Of a stretch of DNA of 64,000 nucleotides, positions 63,511-64,000 are shown piece after piece (position 1 is the first letter of the stretch; each line of letters starts with the position of its first letter). The notes below the pieces were generated by a model. The model had not been told where the DNA came from. It saw nothing but the letters and a program-made list of their open reading frames with translations, and searched no databases. The stretch lies in the NCBI RefSeq assembly GCF_006345805.1, contig NC_043014.1, positions 41,478,001-41,542,000 of the forward strand, given 5' to 3'. This DNA comes from Octopus sinensis (taxonomy: Eukaryota). A program made the translations under genes and the position numbers.

Positions 63511-64000
63511 TATTGCCTTGAATACTTCTTCCATGTTCTTTTGGGTGCAGAAACTAAACTACAGAAAATACATATATAATTATTAATATACAATTAATCA
63601 CGTGTTCATATAAAATTCAAATTAGAACCCGATTAATATATATATATATATGTATTTATATATTTATATATATAATCACATTAAATATAAAATTTTATTT
63701 AGGGCCCTATTATTTACGAATATGTATGTATTGGCGTCAGTATGTGTGCATGGGTTCTTGTCATTACCTGTGTACGCGTCTCTCAGTCTGAATGCGCATG
63801 CGTCTATGTTGCGTCTTTGTATATTTGTTTAATTCTCACCACTTTCAAAGTTATTCAATAGGATTGCTGTCTGCACGTGTATTTAATGACTTGGAGAAGG
63901 CAGACAACTACAGAATCCAAACTAATTAAAAATTGGACAGGAGCATGCAGTGCAAATGTAAATTTGATCATTGGTAAGTATAGTGAGAATTGTAGTTATT

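Overview
AT-rich, microsatellite-dense animal genomic DNA. The repeat repertoire suggests an octopod cephalopod (Octopus sp.), but that is inference. The window is almost all non-coding. I can support one host exon well (17989-18077, + strand, C-terminal half of a CUB domain), so most of it is probably intron or intergenic DNA. It holds many tRNA-derived SINEs (working names A-F, with swapped head/core/tail modules), decayed LINE fragments (two CR1-like, RTE, R4/Dong-like), Tc1/mariner remnants, pogo- and hAT-type MITEs, Helentron/HINE-like elements and a 100-N gap. Almost all six-frame ORFs are microsatellite or repeat artefacts. The main hidden structure is several unrelated families of short (about 100-400 bp) non-coding elements embedded in (TA)n tracts. 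They carry minimal type I hammerhead-ribozyme motifs (helix I-CUGANGA-helix II-GAAA-short palindromic helix III-UH-helix I) and often form long near-perfect fold-back palindromes, the signature of non-autonomous Penelope-like or retrozyme-like elements. One family has a canonical core, one a C3G/G8C compensatory core (GUGAACA) and one a shared A6U core. One truncated copy restarts at the predicted cleavage site. The window also shows a CR1-like LINE and a SINE sharing a covarying 3' stem-loop. Coordinates were read by eye and may be off by a few bases, especially at decayed element ends.
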